From: the human T2T-CHM13v2.0 reference genome, Homo sapiens
Direction: 5' to 3' (one strand)
Assembly (NCBI RefSeq): GCF_009914755.1
Contig: NC_060925.1
Length of the DNA stretch: 64,000 bases
Of the stretch, positions 47,026 to 64,000 are shown one piece after another. The notes under the pieces were generated by a model that saw only the letters and a list, made by a program, of their open reading frames with translations, had not been told where the DNA came from and searched no databases. The position numbers and the translations under genes are program-made. Within the stretch, counting starts at the first letter, position 1; each line of letters begins with the position of its first letter.

Positions 47026-49879
47026 TAAGTTATGCTGAATGAATGAAAACTAACTCTGAGACATTGTTGGCTTAGTGCGCAAACAATTCTCCACACACAA
47101 GAATAATATGTGGAGTTACACCTATTTTTTAAAGACCTTGCTCTATCTGTCAGTCAGGATTGTTAGTTGGAAGCAACAAACATTTACTTGTGCTAATTTA
47201 AGCAGAAAAGGATATTGAGTAGCTTGCAATAGCTTCAGGAAGACAAGAGATCCAGGTTTGAAGGCTACAGAGCCAGGTACAATGCCCAAAATCACAAGGC
47301 AAAACTGTTTCTACCTTTGGGCACCCAATGCCACAGGTGGCACTGACAGCATCACTAGACATCAGGCACTAGGGCTGCCACTAAAACCACTGTCCCTGCT
47401 GCCTCTAGAAAGCAACCCCTATTGCATAATTGCCTCCAGCACCAAGGCAGCCACTATCATCACTACCACCCCCAGAGCCTCCACTGCCCACATTAATTTC
47501 CCTGCACCCTGTCCTCACTGCCCCACAACTACCTCTATCCCTACTGCTCCACCGCCCCTGCTGCCACCTGCATGGATTCTGGGCAGACCCTGCTTCTTCA
47601 CAACAGCAGCTTTCCATTTAAAATCTGCTTGCCAGAGCCTAGGCTATGTAACCCATTCCCTAGCTACAATGGAGGCTGGTAAAGAAAATGTCTATTTTCA
47701 TTTCTATAGCACGTTACAGACTATGCCTCATAATGTGAGAAACTCCCAAACACAGGAAGGAGGTTCAGACACTGGAAGGCCAAAAAGTATGACAAAATGT
47801 CCACTGCTTTGTTACTGCAGAAGCAAGAAGTTCCATGAACCCCAAAGAGCTGTGTCTTTATAGAATATGTATGTGTGTGTGTGCATGTGTGTGTGTTTAA
47901 ACATCTTTCCAATCTTTAGCATCAACCTTTTGCAAGATAACAACAAAATGTCCATCGAGATGCTAACACCAATGTTCAGCTTTGCAAACTTGTAGATGGT
48001 CAGTTTCACCCTCCACCCATAGTCGATGTTCATGCCCATCCCAATGACCCAAATTCCCCAAATTCTTCCACTTCCACCTCCCTTTCCATAACCATCGTTT
48101 TGTTCACCATCTTCCATTCTACCTTTTATGTACTTGAATCTTCCCAGTGCAGGAGAGCAGAGGCCATGTGCAGGGATGATGGGGATCTAGTGCTTAGAGT
48201 GGGGTTGTACACACAGGCCCTCTCTCAACAGCCAAGTATCACTTGGAAACATAACAGAGGACCCTACCTGCCCCATGCCACCTCCCTTCAGTACTGGATT
48301 CTCCTCAGTGGTTAGGGTTTCTTGCCCTGACTGTTTCACTACCATAGATCTCAATTTACCTTTCAACACTTTCTCAAGCAGTTTCAACACCAGGAAACCT
48401 CTTTGCCCCATGTCTTTGAGCTGCTTGATCACATCTGTGTTCTTAGATCACAGCACCTTCAGTCAGCATGGGGCCTTCTCCATCCACCCTATCCTTCAGC
48501 CTCTCTACTTTAGACCTTCCGTAGTTTCTCAGTCCTTTTAATTCCAGCCCCTTTCCACCAAAATCCTGCCTCCTCTGGTGTTCGGCCTCTGAGTCATCTC
48601 CTCTTTCAGGAGCTGCTGATTAATATAGAAAAATGAAGGTGAGGACCTGAGGAGATCTGGAAGAAATGGCAGGAAAGTATTCCTCATAATGACTTGGTCT
48701 TATTTGAAATATCTTTTCCAAAAAATCTGTAAAGGCCTCTTATCCTGAGGCTAACCTCTTGCTAGCATAGCTACCCTTGTTTTTATGCTGAAAGACTGTC
48801 TCTCCCCTTTACAACCTTCAGTCGCATTACAAAAAAAAAAAAAAAAACCCACTTCTATCTAAATATAATTGGGAGTAAAGGCTCCAGAAAGGAAGTTACA
48901 AGTAACCAGGCATTGTTCTGTCATAGGGCCAAGGCTTATGCCTGAGCCAGCTCATGAGCCACCCTCAGGTCACCCTGGCCCACTCTGGAAAAGACACACT
49001 CATCATCAGTCCCTCAGTCCCCCACGCAAAGGCACCCTCATTCTGAGCAAGAGGTGGGTCATGTAAAATACCCTTTGTCCACTAAGTAGAGCTTCTCCCT
49101 GCGGAGGCAGAAGATGGAGGGGGCATGTGGCCCTCAACAGCAACCTGAGTAATCTGCTTCAAACACAGAATGCTGCTATTGAAAAGTCTGCAGGATAGTG
49201 TCACATATGCCAAGGGACCTGAAGCCTTGCCCAAAATCCCATATTGACTGCTTTTCTTTACTTAAAAAATTGTGTGTTGAGGCCGATTCCCAGCACACAA
49301 AAAGCTTTAGGAACTGCTGGTTCCCTACAGTCACAGCAATTGCAGACATGTGTGGCAGTTATTTGCAATGCAGGGATGGTCAGACTCCAAAAACTTGATC
49401 ACCATTTTCAGAGGCTGAGTTTGACGAATTTGCAATCAGAAATTCTGTTCACTTTGTATAAGCAACCACCACATTGCCACATTCCCCTGTGATTAATGGC
49501 CAGAGTTAGAGAATGATGTATCTCATCCTCCGAGTATGTGGCACCCACTGCCTGGTTTATCATGACCACTCATGTCATTACTGCTTCTGAAACATAAATC
49601 AATGAAACTGAATGACTGTGCTGACCACCACTCTCCAGACTCAGATGACAACTCACCACACACACACGCCACTTCAAATCCTTTTTTGTAAATAGTTATT
49701 TTAAATAAATAAGTAACAAGGGCTTTCTCTGGAAGTGTTGTGTGAGCACCTGAGGATAATTCATTTATACAACAAAAGCAAGTGTTTCCTGTGATTTCCC
49801 TGGAGTTGGATCAAGATAGGGTTTGCCTTGAGTCCACAGGACCAAAAGTTCTAGAAAAAAAAAAAGAATACAAGTTCTA

Positions 49880-50165
49880 GAAAAACATTTCTCAAAGTGT
49901 GCTGCTCAGAACAAGGATCCCTCAGGAAATTAACAGGTGTTATGGAAGAAGAATGTTCTGTGGTCAAGCAATTTTGAGAAACACTGCATTAAACAAGGTT
50001 AACCAAGTTAAATAGGTCTCTTTACTGCAGGACTTCTCAGAACTTTTGATATACTAATGTGCATTGCAAATTACAAAGTTGTGTATGTTGCATTTTTAAA
50101 ACGAATTTGACCACAGAATACTTGTTGTTGAGCATATTACAAGATGTGCTTCATGAAACAGACTT
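49880..50165. mobile_element. MER103-like hAT element
   Basis: 'ttctgtggtcaa...gagaaacactgc...tttactgcaggacttctcagaac...tttgaccacagaa'. Confidence 0.7.
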
Positions 50166-53100
50166 GAAGCCTTGTTTAGAGGGTAGACATTACCTTACTG
50201 CTCAACTTTCTTCCTCCTAAGGTAGAAAAAATCAGCAAGATGTGAGAAGCATGTCTTTTGGAGCCATCTGGTGTTAATTTCTCATTTGTCAGCTGAAATA
50301 TCTCTGTCCCCGTCTGAAAGAGATGTTCCTTGCCACAAAGTGTTTTGTCTGACCACTGTGAGCAAGCACAGACCTCCCTGCCTGTTCCTCCACTGGGTCT
50401 CCTAAGACAGCTCCAACCCAGCCCTGTTCCTGGAATCTACTCCTCATGGCTTCACTCACCCCCTTGGCTTCAACCTTCATGACTTATTATCTCCATTGGG
50501 TTCTTTGCCTTGGCCTTTTGGTGGATGCCATTATTTCCAAGAAACTATTTTCTTTCTGGCTGTAAGACTTCAATCCTGCATCATGTTTTGGAAGAACTCT
50601 GCTTCCTGCTCCAAACATTACACTCCCATTCCTCTCCACCTACCCTCATCTGCCCTCTTGCTTCCTTCTCCCCATGCATACTTTCCAGCCTCTCTGTAAA
50701 TGCTTGTCCTAGCCCTGTCCTTGACCTTCACCTGTGGCTTTGCCCACAGCTATATTGTAACATTGACTACTGGAGGTTGCCAGGACCACAAAATATTGGA
50801 AGGATTTCTCTTGCCACATAAAAGGTCAACCTAGCCACAGAAGGAGTGCACCATGAGTGCTAAGCCTCAATGTTATTGTTTGGGTTCTTTTGAGTTCCCT
50901 ATGGTTTGCAGGTTATACTGCATTAGTTAGTGGGTTTCCTGGAGTCATTTTCACCAACAAACAACAGAGTTGGTGAAAACTTGTTCTTCCTATATTTTTA
51001 ACATTTTTATCTGCTACACAACACTCCATAAACCTTGCTTATTTACGTGTAATTAAGAGTCATGGCAGCTCTCTGCTTGTAGACCAGAGATTATGATCAG
51101 TCTGTCATTTTATTTGATCTTCTTTTGTTTTTAGTTATTTTTCTGTTAAAGTGCCCAGAGCCCTGCAGGCAGAAGTGCCTTCAAATTAAAATGTATTGTT
51201 AATATTCTGGACCACACACACTGGGTTCTTCATGTGACTCTGAGTTTTGCTGCTGAGATGATTGTGCATGATATTCTGATGTCGAGAAAATGTGCCTGAC
51301 TTAGCCTATTTTGCAGAACTCCTTTGTTCCCTGAGGCAAATTTGGCATGATTTTGTTGAAGGTTCAGTTGGGATAACCCGTATTCTTTCCCCAAGGTCAC
51401 GTTTCAAATTCCTTGTCAATCAATTTAATGAAAGGTAAGTAAATACCTGACTTCAGACCAGCCAAATAACTTCAGCTTCTTGGGGAGAGCATGTGTGTGC
51501 ATGTGTATGTGTGTATGTAAGCGTGTGCATGTCTACGTGTGTGAGCACATGTATGTGTGTGGGGAGGGTTGAAGGGAGATAATAAGACCTTCATTTAGTG
51601 ACATCATGAGACAAGAACACCTAAATGTCTTATAAAATTGTCAAGGTTATTTATCAATTGAGACAGGTACTATCACACACAGGCATCAGAAAGATATCTC
51701 AGTGCTTATTTTCATCTACCTGGATGAGTGTGTCTACAAAGGACTTAGAGTACATTGTAGATCATATTTTTAAGGAATATGAATTCCCCAGGCTGAAGGG
51801 AACCAAATTCCAGAAACACCCTCAGAGACAGCTCTTCTTGTCCACCCAAGCCTGTGTTTGTTCCTTAGACTCACTCCATCCTCTACAAGAACATGCATCT
51901 TCAAGCCAGGACCATAGGCTCTTCCAAACTGTCCTGTTACAGGTTGGCTGATTTATACATACTGTCTCTATCTTCCCCTGGGTGTATCCACACATGACCC
52001 TTGTCTCTGAGTCAAGAGCAGTTGCCAGCTACTACCTTTCATGGATTGACTCGCCTTCTTCCTTCTCACTTAGCCAAAGCTTACTCATCTCTCAATGTCA
52101 AATTCACACCATGAAGCTTCAATTCTAAACTCCAAAGGGGAGAGGCCATGTCTGTTTTATTTCCAGTTACTTACCCAGTACTTGTCATAAAATAAATTCT
52201 CAAAAAATATTTGTTGAGTGAATAACAAAAGAATGAATGAGTTTTCAACATGGACTAAGGAATCAGGAAACCCCGCGGTACTTAACAAAAAGTCAGGCTA
52301 AGCCCTGCCCAAAGTCATCAATCCTGAAGAAGCAGTTCTAATTAATTATTTATCTGTCCATTCCCTTGATACGGATTAAGCCCCAAGTCTGTACCAGAAC
52401 TCCATTCAGTTCTGTGAGAGATACAACATTAAATTAGACTTGAACCCTATTCTCAAGAAACCAATAGTCTAGTGGGGGAAAACAGATATGTCCATCAATA
52501 ACTGGAACACAAGGTTGAAAGTGACAAAAGCCAACAGGAACAAGCTAAGAGAGATGAGCAGAGGAAAGAGATTAATTATGCAAGGGAATGTTAAAATGGG
52601 ACTTTGCTGTCTTACTTTGAAAGCAACCAGATAGATGCCAAGTACCTGAGGGTGACGCCGCTGTCGCAGAGCAAGGCACCAGCCCATTTACACAGGGCAT
52701 GCTAAGGGACACAATCTGAGAGCATGGAAGAGTTGATATGGAAAAGGCTAGTGAGGGAGGATTCTTTGGAGAGAATAGTTGGTGTGTCATGCATCTCCCT
52801 TTTGCAAATCCTTTGTGGGGAAGGAAAGAGGTTGATTTCCTTCACCTCAAGCCTCGTGAGGAGGCTCTAAGGGCACTCAGAAGTTTGAGGAACTGGGAAA
52901 CTTGTGTATTAACCTCATCTGATTAGTTAAAGGTGAGCACCTTGCCATCAGCAGAGTGAAGAGAGGGATGTATTGGGAGCAAGCTGAAGTCCCACAAATA
53001 AGAAGGGAAGATGGGAGATGTGGATTCCAAGAGATGAAGGTGATCTGGAATCTTCTCAAAATGAGTCATGCTGAAAAGTGATGCCCAGTGTTTTGACAAA

Positions 53101-53654
53101 TGTATACATCCACACAACCAACGTCCCAATCATGATAAAGAATATTTTCATCACCTCAAAACGTTTCCTCGAGCTCCTTTGTAGGTAAAGCAGAGGGAAC
53201 CTACAGAGGAGACCACTATTCTGATTTCTGTCATAATAGGATAGTTTTGCTAGCCCTAATAGTCAGCTAAACAGAATTATACAATATGTTCACTATTGTG
53301 TCTGGCTTTGTTTACTCAACATAATGTTTTTGAGATTCATATATATTGTTGCATTTACGAGTAGTTCATTCTTTTTATGTCTGAGTAGAATTCAATATTA
53401 TGAATACGGTATTATTTTCTAGTCATTCTCCTGTTGGTAAGACATTTTGCTTATCTCCAGTTCATGATTATTATTACTGAAGTCGTCATGAACATTCTTA
53501 TACAAGTCTTCTGGTGGACAAGTGTTCTCATTCTCCTTGAATAAATACCCAAGCAGAATTGCTGCACCATCTAGTGAGTGTATGTTTAACTTAACAAGAA
53601 ATGCTTATTTTAAAATATCACCAGCAATAGAGGAGAGCTTCAGTTATTTCACAC

Positions 53655-54468
<814 letters not shown>

Positions 54469-54851
54469 ATCCCGCCAACACTTGTTACTCTCAGTCTCTT
54501 AAGATTTACAGTCTAGTGGATGTGAGGTAGTTTCTAATTGTGGTTTTTATTTGCATTTACCTGATGACTGATGATGTGAAGCATCTTTTTCTTTACCTAT
54601 TGGCCATCTATACATATCTTTTTTTAGGAAGTGACTGTCCAGGTTTTTCCCTATTTAATATTTTTGTCTTTTCAGTAGTGATTTGCAGGCAATGTATATA
54701 TTTTATCTCAAGGCATAACATATGTTTTCACTTTTTAAAATTTTCTTGATGACTTGTCTAAGAAATTTTGGCAACTCAAATTTTATATAGATATTTCATA
54801 TTTTCTTTTACAAGCTTTATGGTTTTAACATTTACATTTAAATCTACAATC

Positions 54852-55040
54852 TATTTTATTTATTTATTTATTTATTTATTTTGAGAGACAGGGTCTCACT
54901 CTGTCACCCAGGATAGAGTGCAGTGGCACAAACATATACAATTAGCTCACTACAGCCTTGAAGTCCTGGGCTCAAGGTATCCTCCTGTCTTGGCTTCCTA
55001 AAGTACTGGGATTATAGGCAAGAGCCACCACACCTAACCC
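54852..55040 (-). mobile_element. Monomeric Alu (FRAM-like)
   Basis: Single arm; TSD AATCTATTTTA. Confidence 0.8.
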
Positions 55041-57016
55041 ATATAATCTATTTTAATAATGAGAACATACAGCCTTTCCCAGACATACAGGGAAAGGATT
55101 CAGTATTTTAGTAAGCATAATATTAGCCATAGGTTTTTTAGATACACATTATTAGAATGAGGAAGTTCCCTTCTAGTCCTACTTTGCTAAGACTCTGTTA
55201 TCAAAAGAAAGGTGGTGAATTTTTTCTAATGCTTTTCTGCATCTACTGAAATGATTATATCATTTTTCTCTTTTATTTAAGTAATGTGGTGAATTACATT
55301 GATTGGTTTTTAAGTGTTAAACCAATCTTACATTTTTGGGATTAACCCTCTTGACAATGTTGTATTGCCTTTTCTATAATATATTGTTAAGATTGAACTT
55401 GCTAATATTTTGCTAAGGATTTTTGCATCTATTGTGTTTGTCAGGTTTTGATATCAGTATTTACTGGCCCCATAAAATGAGTTGGAAAAAGTTCCATCAA
55501 CCTCTATTTTTGGAAATAACTTGTGTAAAATTGGTATTATTTATTCCTTAAATATATGGTTGAGTTTATTAGTACAGCCATCTGGGCCAAAATTTTCTCT
55601 GCAGGAAGGCTTTTTAATGACATATTCAATAAATAAATACAGGACCCTTCAGATTTTCTGTTTCTTCTTGTGTAAATGTTGGTAATTGGTGACTTTCAAA
55701 AAATTTGTTTATTTCTTTAAAACTTGTCAAATTTATTGGTATAAAAACACTTGATGGTATTCTTTTATTGTATTATTTTAATATCTATAGGATCTGAAGT
55801 GGTGTTTCTTCTTTCATTTCTCATTCGGGTAATTTGTATTTTCATTTTTTTTCTTTTCAGCAGAATTGATGTGGCTTATTTTGTTCATTGTTTCAAAATT
55901 CTATTGACTTTGTTAATTTTCCCCATGCTTGTCTGTTTTTTATTTATTTCTACTTTATACTATTTCTTTCTTCTATGTAATTTGTGTTTAATTTGAGGTT
56001 CTTTTTTGATATCTCCCATTAAAATCTTAGATCATTGCTTTTAAACCTGTCTCCTTTTCTAATACACACATTTAAAGCTATAAATTGTTTTTCTGAGCAC
56101 TGCTTTATCTGTATCCTATACATTTTGTCATGTTATGTTCTTATTATCATTTAGTTCTAGATAATTTCTATTTTCTTTGTGACTTCTTTTAGTTATTTAA
56201 TTAGAGATGTTTTGCCTATTTCTAAATATTTAGGAATGCTCTAAATATTTTTGTTACTGATTTCAAATTTAATTTCATTGTGGTCAAACAATGTACTCTG
56301 TATAATATCTAACATTTGAAATCTATTGATTTTTTTTTTACAGGAGAAAATATGATCTGTCTTGGTCAGTGTTTCAAGTACACTTGAAAAGAATATACAT
56401 ACTACTGAAGCTGTATATATTGCCCTATAAATGTCAGTTAGGTAATGACGGTTGTATTACCATTTTTTTTTATTACTTGTTTTATCAATTACTGAGAAGG
56501 GGGTATTAAAAACTCCAGCTATGATTGTAATTTTGTCTATTTTTCTTTATATTCTGGCATATTTTGCTTCACATAGTTTTAAACTCTGTTATAAGATGCA
56601 TACATATTCAGGATTGTTATGTCTTGAATTGACCTATATATCATTACAAATTATTCCTCTTTACCGCTGGCAGTATTCCTTATTTAGAAGCCTAGTTTTT
56701 CTTGTATTAACATAGTCACACTAGCTTTCTTGGGTTTAGCATTTTCATGGTATAATTTTTTCATTCTCTTACTTTCAGATTATTAGTGTCTTTATATTTA
56801 AAATGCATCTCTTATAAACAACATTAAATTGGGTTTTCTGTTTGTATCCAGCTTGACAATCTCTGTCTTATAATTGGATGTTTGTTCATTTTTATTTAAT
56901 GAGATTGTTGATATGTTTGGGCTTAAATCTTGCTATTTTTTTCCCATTCATCCCATATGTTTTTATTATTTGTCCCTCCTTTTCTATATTCTTCTACTTC
57001 ATTGAGTATCTTTTAG

Positions 57017-57398
<382 letters not shown>

Positions 57399-57547
57399 AT
57401 TCATATAAACATATTCACTTCCCTCTCCACTTTGTGCTATTATTGTTACATATTTTACTATTATTAAATTTCACAATACATTGTATTATTTTGGCTTTAA
57501 AATTTAATTATTTTTAAAGAAATTAAGAGAAAAAAAAATGTAACCTG

Positions 57548-57875
<328 letters not shown>

Positions 57876-58261
57876 TTAGTCCTTTATATAGATCCAAATT
57901 TCCACTTGTTATCATTTTCTTTTAACCTCAAGAACTTCCTTTAACATTTCTTTCAGTAAATAAATGAAGAAAATAAATCACCTCAGCACTATTTTTTCTC
58001 AAGAAAAAAAAATCTTTACACTTTAAAGATATCCTATTGTGTTTTAACTTTATTTTTCTGATGAGAAATCATATATTACCCTTTATATAATATGTATTTT
58101 TATCTGGCCTTTTAAAAATTGTTCCCTTTATCTTTAGGTTTTCACAGTTGGACTATGATTTGTCTACATGTGGTGTTCTTTTAATTTATCTTTCTAGGAA
58201 CCTCTGAGCTATTGGATCTTGGTATATTTCCACCATATTAGGGAATTTTAAAATCCTATTT

Positions 58262-58565
<304 letters not shown>

Positions 58566-59140
58566 AAAAATCCTATTTCTTTTAAAAATATTCTACTTCA
58601 TGCTCTCTCTCTCTCTTTTCTTTCTGGTATTTCAATCACACATATTTCAGTCAGCTTGCTATTGTCCCACAGTTCTCTGCAGTCTGGTTAATATTTTCTA
58701 TCTTTTATTCTCTGTTCTTCAGTGTGAGTGAGACTGATACTTTCTTTCGAAGTGTCTAATCATCTCTAATTTCCATTGAGTAATTTTTTTTTCTTTTCTG
58801 ATATTATATTTTCAGTTCTAGAATTTCAATTTGTTTCTCTTATGATTTCCATTTCTCTTCTGGGATTCTCTGTTTACCCATTCTGCCTATCTTTTCTTTG
58901 AAATCCTTTAGCATGTTTAGAATAGCTGTTTTAAAATCATTGTCGTAGTCTTAACATCTGAGTCATCTGTGGAACTTCTGTTGTTTTGTGTTCAATTGAT
59001 ATTTCCTATTTTTTCCTGCTAATTCAAATGTTTAATAATATTTTATTTTATCCTGGATACTTGGGAATGAACATATAGAGATTCTGTATTCTTACTCTAA
59101 AGAATGTTGAGCTTGTACTGGCAAGCAGTTAAGTTACTGA

Positions 59141-59454
<314 letters not shown>

Positions 59455-62175
59455 GGATTACATTAATCTCAAATGAAGGCTTGTTTTAGGTTTTGTTATG
59501 GTGGATTTATTTACATCTTGCTTTACATTCTAGAGTGGAGTTTAGAGTCCTGGGCTTAGTCGTAAGGTGTGGCTTTTCTGAGGTGTTAGTGGAAAGTCTA
59601 AGATGTTTACCAGAACTTTCTAACTTGGCAGAACTTAAACGTCAATTCTTTCCCCCCAGCACCATGCAGCTATTAATACTAACCTCTACCTCCTAGCTGC
59701 TGCTTTCTGCTAAGCTTTTTGATTTCTCACTCTGTGCATTTGCATCTCCAAAAATTTTGAGAGGATTTGAATGCAGTATGTAACTATCCTAGTAATATAA
59801 AAAGTAATAAGTCATTAGTCAGTATAGGCTAAGTTATTTTTGTAATAAACAACCAGAAAATCTTACTTCTCAGTAGCTTAAAAGCAACAGAAGTTGCAGC
59901 TTGCCTTGAACTAGCACTTCAGCTGACAACAATGATAAATTCTAGACTCTAAGCTTATGTTTATTTGAAAAAAATACAGCTATCAAACCAACCCCTTGAT
60001 TTCAGTCATATTATTACTGAAGTTGAAATAAAGTGATTCACTTAAAACAAAAATATGAAGAAAATAAACATACAATTGATGCTGGGAAACAGACAAAATT
60101 TCTGAGGATGATGTCATTGGTGCATGAAAAATAGGGGTATGGATTATTCCCTTAAGTCTAAAACAAATTTAGGTTAAGAAAAAGTTCAGGCCCTCTCCCT
60201 CTCCCTCTCCCTCTCCCTCTCCCTCTCCCTCTCCCCCTCCCCCTCCCTCTCCCTCTCCCCGGTCTCCCTCTCCCTCTCTTTCCACGGTCTCCCTCTGATG
60301 CCGAGCCGAAGCTGGACTGTACTGCTGTCATCTCGGCTCACTGCAACCTCCCTGCCTGATTCTCCTGCCTCAGCCTGCCAAGTGCCTGGGATTGCAGGTG
60401 CACGCCGCCACGCCTGACTGGTTTTCATACTTTTTTGGTGGAGACGGGGTTTCGCTGTGTTGGCCGGGCTGGTCTCTGGCTCCTAACCGCGAGTGATCCG
60501 CCAGCCTCGGCCTCCCGAGGTGCCGGGATTGCAGACAGAGTCTGGTTCACTCAGTGCTCAATGGTGCCCAGGCTGGAGTGCAGTGGCGTGATCTCGGCTC
60601 GCTACAACCTCCACCTCCCAGCCGCCTGCCTTGGCCTCCCAAAGTGCCGAGATTGCAGCCTCTGCCCGGCCGCCACCCCGTCTGGGAAGTGAGGAGCGTC
60701 TCTGCCTGGCCGCCCATCGTCTGGGACGTGAGGAGCCCCTCTGCCTGGCTGCCCAGTCTGGAAAGTGAGGAGCGTCTCTGCCTGGCCACCATCCCATCTA
60801 GGAAGTGAGGAGCACCTCTTCCCGGCCGCCACCCCATCTGGGAAGTGGGGAGCGTCTCTGCCCGGCCGCCCATCGTCTGAGATGTGGGGAGCGTCTCTGC
60901 CCGCCCGCCCATCATCTGAGATGTGGGGAGCGCCTCTGCCCCGCCACCCCGTCTAGGATGTGAGGAGCGCCTCTGCCCGGCCGCGACCCCGTCTGGGAGG
61001 TGAGGAGCGTCTCTGCCCGGCCGCCCCGTCTGAGAAGTGAGGAGACCCTCTGCTCGGCAACCGCCCCGTCTGAGAGGTGGGGAGCCCCTCCGCCCAGCAG
61101 CCACCCCGTCTGGGAAGTGAGGAGCCCCTCCGCCCGGCAGCCACCCCGTCTGGGAAGTGAGGAGCGTCTCCGCCCGGCAGCCACCCCGTCCGGGAGGTCG
61201 GGGGTTCAGCCCCCCGCCCGGCCAGCCGCCCCGTCCGGGAGGTGAGGGGCGCCTCTGCCCAGCCGCCCCTACTGGGAAGTGAGGAGCCCCTCTGCCTGGC
61301 CAGCCACCCCATCCGGGAGGGAGGTGGGGGGGTCAGCCCCCCGCCCGGCCAGCCGCCCTGTCCGGGAGGGAGGTGGGGGGGTCAGCCCCCAACCCGGCCA
61401 GCTGCCCCGTCTGGGAGGGAGGTGGGGGAGGTCAGCCCCCTGCCCGGCCAGCCACCCCGTCCGGGAGGTGAGGGGCGCCTCTGCCCGGCCGCCCCTACTG
61501 GGAAGTGAGGAGCCCCTCTGCCCGGCCAGCCGCCCCGTCCGGGAGGGAGGTGGGGGGGTCAGTCCCCCACCCGGCCAGCCGCCCTGTCCGGGAGGGAGGT
61601 TGGGGGGTCAGCCCCCTGCCCGGCCAGCCGCCCCGTCCGGGAGGTAAGGGGCGCCTCTGCCCGGCCGCCCCTACTGGGAAGTGAGGAGCCCCTCTGCCCA
61701 GCCAGCCGCCCCATCCGGGAGGGAGGTACGGGGGTCAGCCCCCTGCCCGGCCAGCCGCCCCGTCCGGGACGTGAGGGGCGCCTCTGCCTGGCCGCCCCTA
61801 CTGGGAAGTGAGGAGCCCCTCTGCCCGGCCACCACCCCGTCTGGGAGGTGTACCCAACAGCTCATTGAGAACGGGCCGGGATGACAATGGCGGTTTTGTG
61901 GAATAGAAAGGGGGGAAAGGTGGGGAAAAGATTGAGAAATCGGATGGTTGCCGTGTCTGTGTAGAAAGAAGTAGATATGGGAGACTTTTCATTTTGTTCT
62001 GTACTAAGAAAAATTCTTCTGCCTTGGGATCCTGTTGATCGGTGACCTTACCCCCAACCCTGTGCTCTCTGAAACATGTGCTGTGTCCACTCAGGGTTCA
62101 ATGGATTAAGGGCGGTGCAAGATGTGGTTTGTTAAACAGATGCTTGAAGGCAGCATGCTCGTTAAGAGTCATCAC

Positions 62176-62549
<374 letters not shown>

Positions 62550-62659
62550 CTAGAAAAACCAGAGACCTTTGTTCACTTGTTTATCTGCTGACCTTCCCTC
62601 CACTATTGTCCTATGACCCTGCCAAATCCCCCTCTGCGAGAAACACCCAAGAATGATCA

Positions 62660-62695
<36 letters not shown>

Positions 62696-62709
62696 AAAAC
62701 CTCTAACCT

Positions 62710-62891
62710 GGGGGGAGGGGGGAGGGATAGCATTTGGAGATATACCTAATGCTAAATGACGAGTTAATGGGTGCAGCACACCAACATGGCACACGTATAC
62801 ATACGTAACAAACCTGCACATTGTGCACATGTACCCTAAAACTTAACGTATAATAATAATAAAATAAAATAAAATAAAATAGGAAAAAAAT
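62710..62891 (+). mobile_element. Short L1PA (PA4-like) 3' end within the SVA 3' transduction
   Basis: L1 3'UTR end; own TSD AAAAACCTCTAACCT at 62695-62709 and 62892-62906. Confidence 0.93.
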
Positions 62892-63317
62892 AAAAACCTC
62901 TAACCTAAAAAAAAAAAGAAAAAGTTCATTTGAGATAGTCACTTGAACAATGACACAAATGATTAATTAATCTTATTTTTTTCCATTAAAAATTTACTAT
63001 GTTTTTGGTGGTACATTTTTAAGGAGGTGTGATCTTATAAAAAGATTGAGTATATTCATAAAAGTTGGGGAATAACAGGTTATTATTTAAACTATTGTAA
63101 CTTGATGCTTTAACTAATACTGCCATTAACTTTTCCAGGACTTCAGGCAACTTGTAACCTTGGAAAAGATACTTCGCATTTCTGATTCAAAAAGTACCTC
63201 TGTACTTTGAATTTCTTAGTGTCCAATTTAAAGTTTGTAGAATAAGCCATTATTTTAGTGTAGTTTGATATTGGCCAATAGTAGGTGAAAAAAATTAGCG
63301 TTCTTTAGCAAACTTAC

Positions 63318-63460
63318 ATAATTTTGACTTAGGCCATGGATATTTCCTTCCTTTTCAGTTCCCCTTTCTGCTGTTTTTTAAGTGGCATCTCCATGCAAGA
63401 TTGAGGAAAGATGGCAAAGATCCACATGCCACTATTGTTTAAATGCAAGTCCATGACAAC
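63318..63460 (-). other. Candidate non-coding exon (143 nt)
   Basis: Acceptor ttcattttagattcag| and donor AT|GTAAGT; stops in all three frames. Confidence 0.25.
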
Positions 63461-64000
63461 CTGAATCTAAAATGAATGTCCGAGTCAGTGTTAATGAATC
63501 GGTACATTCATAATTGGAAAATCAGCCTTTTTCTCCCTCCCCCTGACTTGCTGATACCTCTCATTAGCTAGTGGTTCTAAGAATGCCTGTGATAAGCATC
63601 TGAAGGCAAAGTTGGATGGAGAAATATTCTAATCCTATTGATAGGAGAAGAAAAGGGAAAGGAGCTGGGATTTTTCACCCAATTTATGGAATTTTAATTA
63701 AACTGAGACTTTATTGTGTTGTTTACAAGCAGGAGGAATACACAGGCAGCTGCATTTTACATACTGAGTAGCTATAAATAGAAGAATTAATATAGAAAAG
63801 ATTAAAAAGCTATGTGGATAATGGGCGTCTGTTACCTCCTGGTACACTATTACGTTTTTATTGAAGAATGCCGGTCTGCATACTTGCCTTTTTAAATTAA
63901 ATTTTCTAAGCAAGAAAGATTGGAACCAGAATTCTGAACCTGGGAACTTATAAGAGAATCTCCCTTTTAATTCTCACACATAACTCTGTAAACATGATTT

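Noticed and set aside
47258-47863. 201-aa Pro/Thr-rich ORF
   Set aside because: TTG start, low complexity, no recognisable domain; appears to lie in a decayed LTR-like region.
47812-48117. 101-aa minus-strand ORF, possible pseudogene
   Set aside because: No protein recognised in any frame I translated; it runs into a (CA)n-like tract.
63698-63913. 71-aa ORF with internal GAG|GTAACA donor
   Set aside because: Weak splice signals, non-ATG start and no recognisable protein.

Overview
Eukaryotic, almost certainly human, non-coding DNA dominated by transposable elements. The evidence for human origin is a MAST2-fused SVA_F1 and a near-consensus AluYc1-type element. No intact protein-coding gene is supportable; the ORF track is mostly Alu, L1, SVA and Tigger1 artefacts. 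I found no new biological system. The notable structure is retrotransposition history: (1) two ~720-bp L1PA 3' fragments in inverted orientation ~17 kb apart, ~98.6% identical and sharing many non-consensus bases; (2) a full-length Tigger1 holding nested insertions, including a U7 snRNA retrocopy, a MAST2-SVA_F1 and an L1 3'-transduced LTR piece; (3) a full-length SVA with an Alu inside its SINE-R and a 3' transduction carrying an older L1 fragment with its own TSD; (4) a twin-primed L1 with transduced sequence; (5) a collapsed inverted-Alu pair. Subfamily calls come from my recall of consensus sequences, and boundaries of old repeats are approximate.
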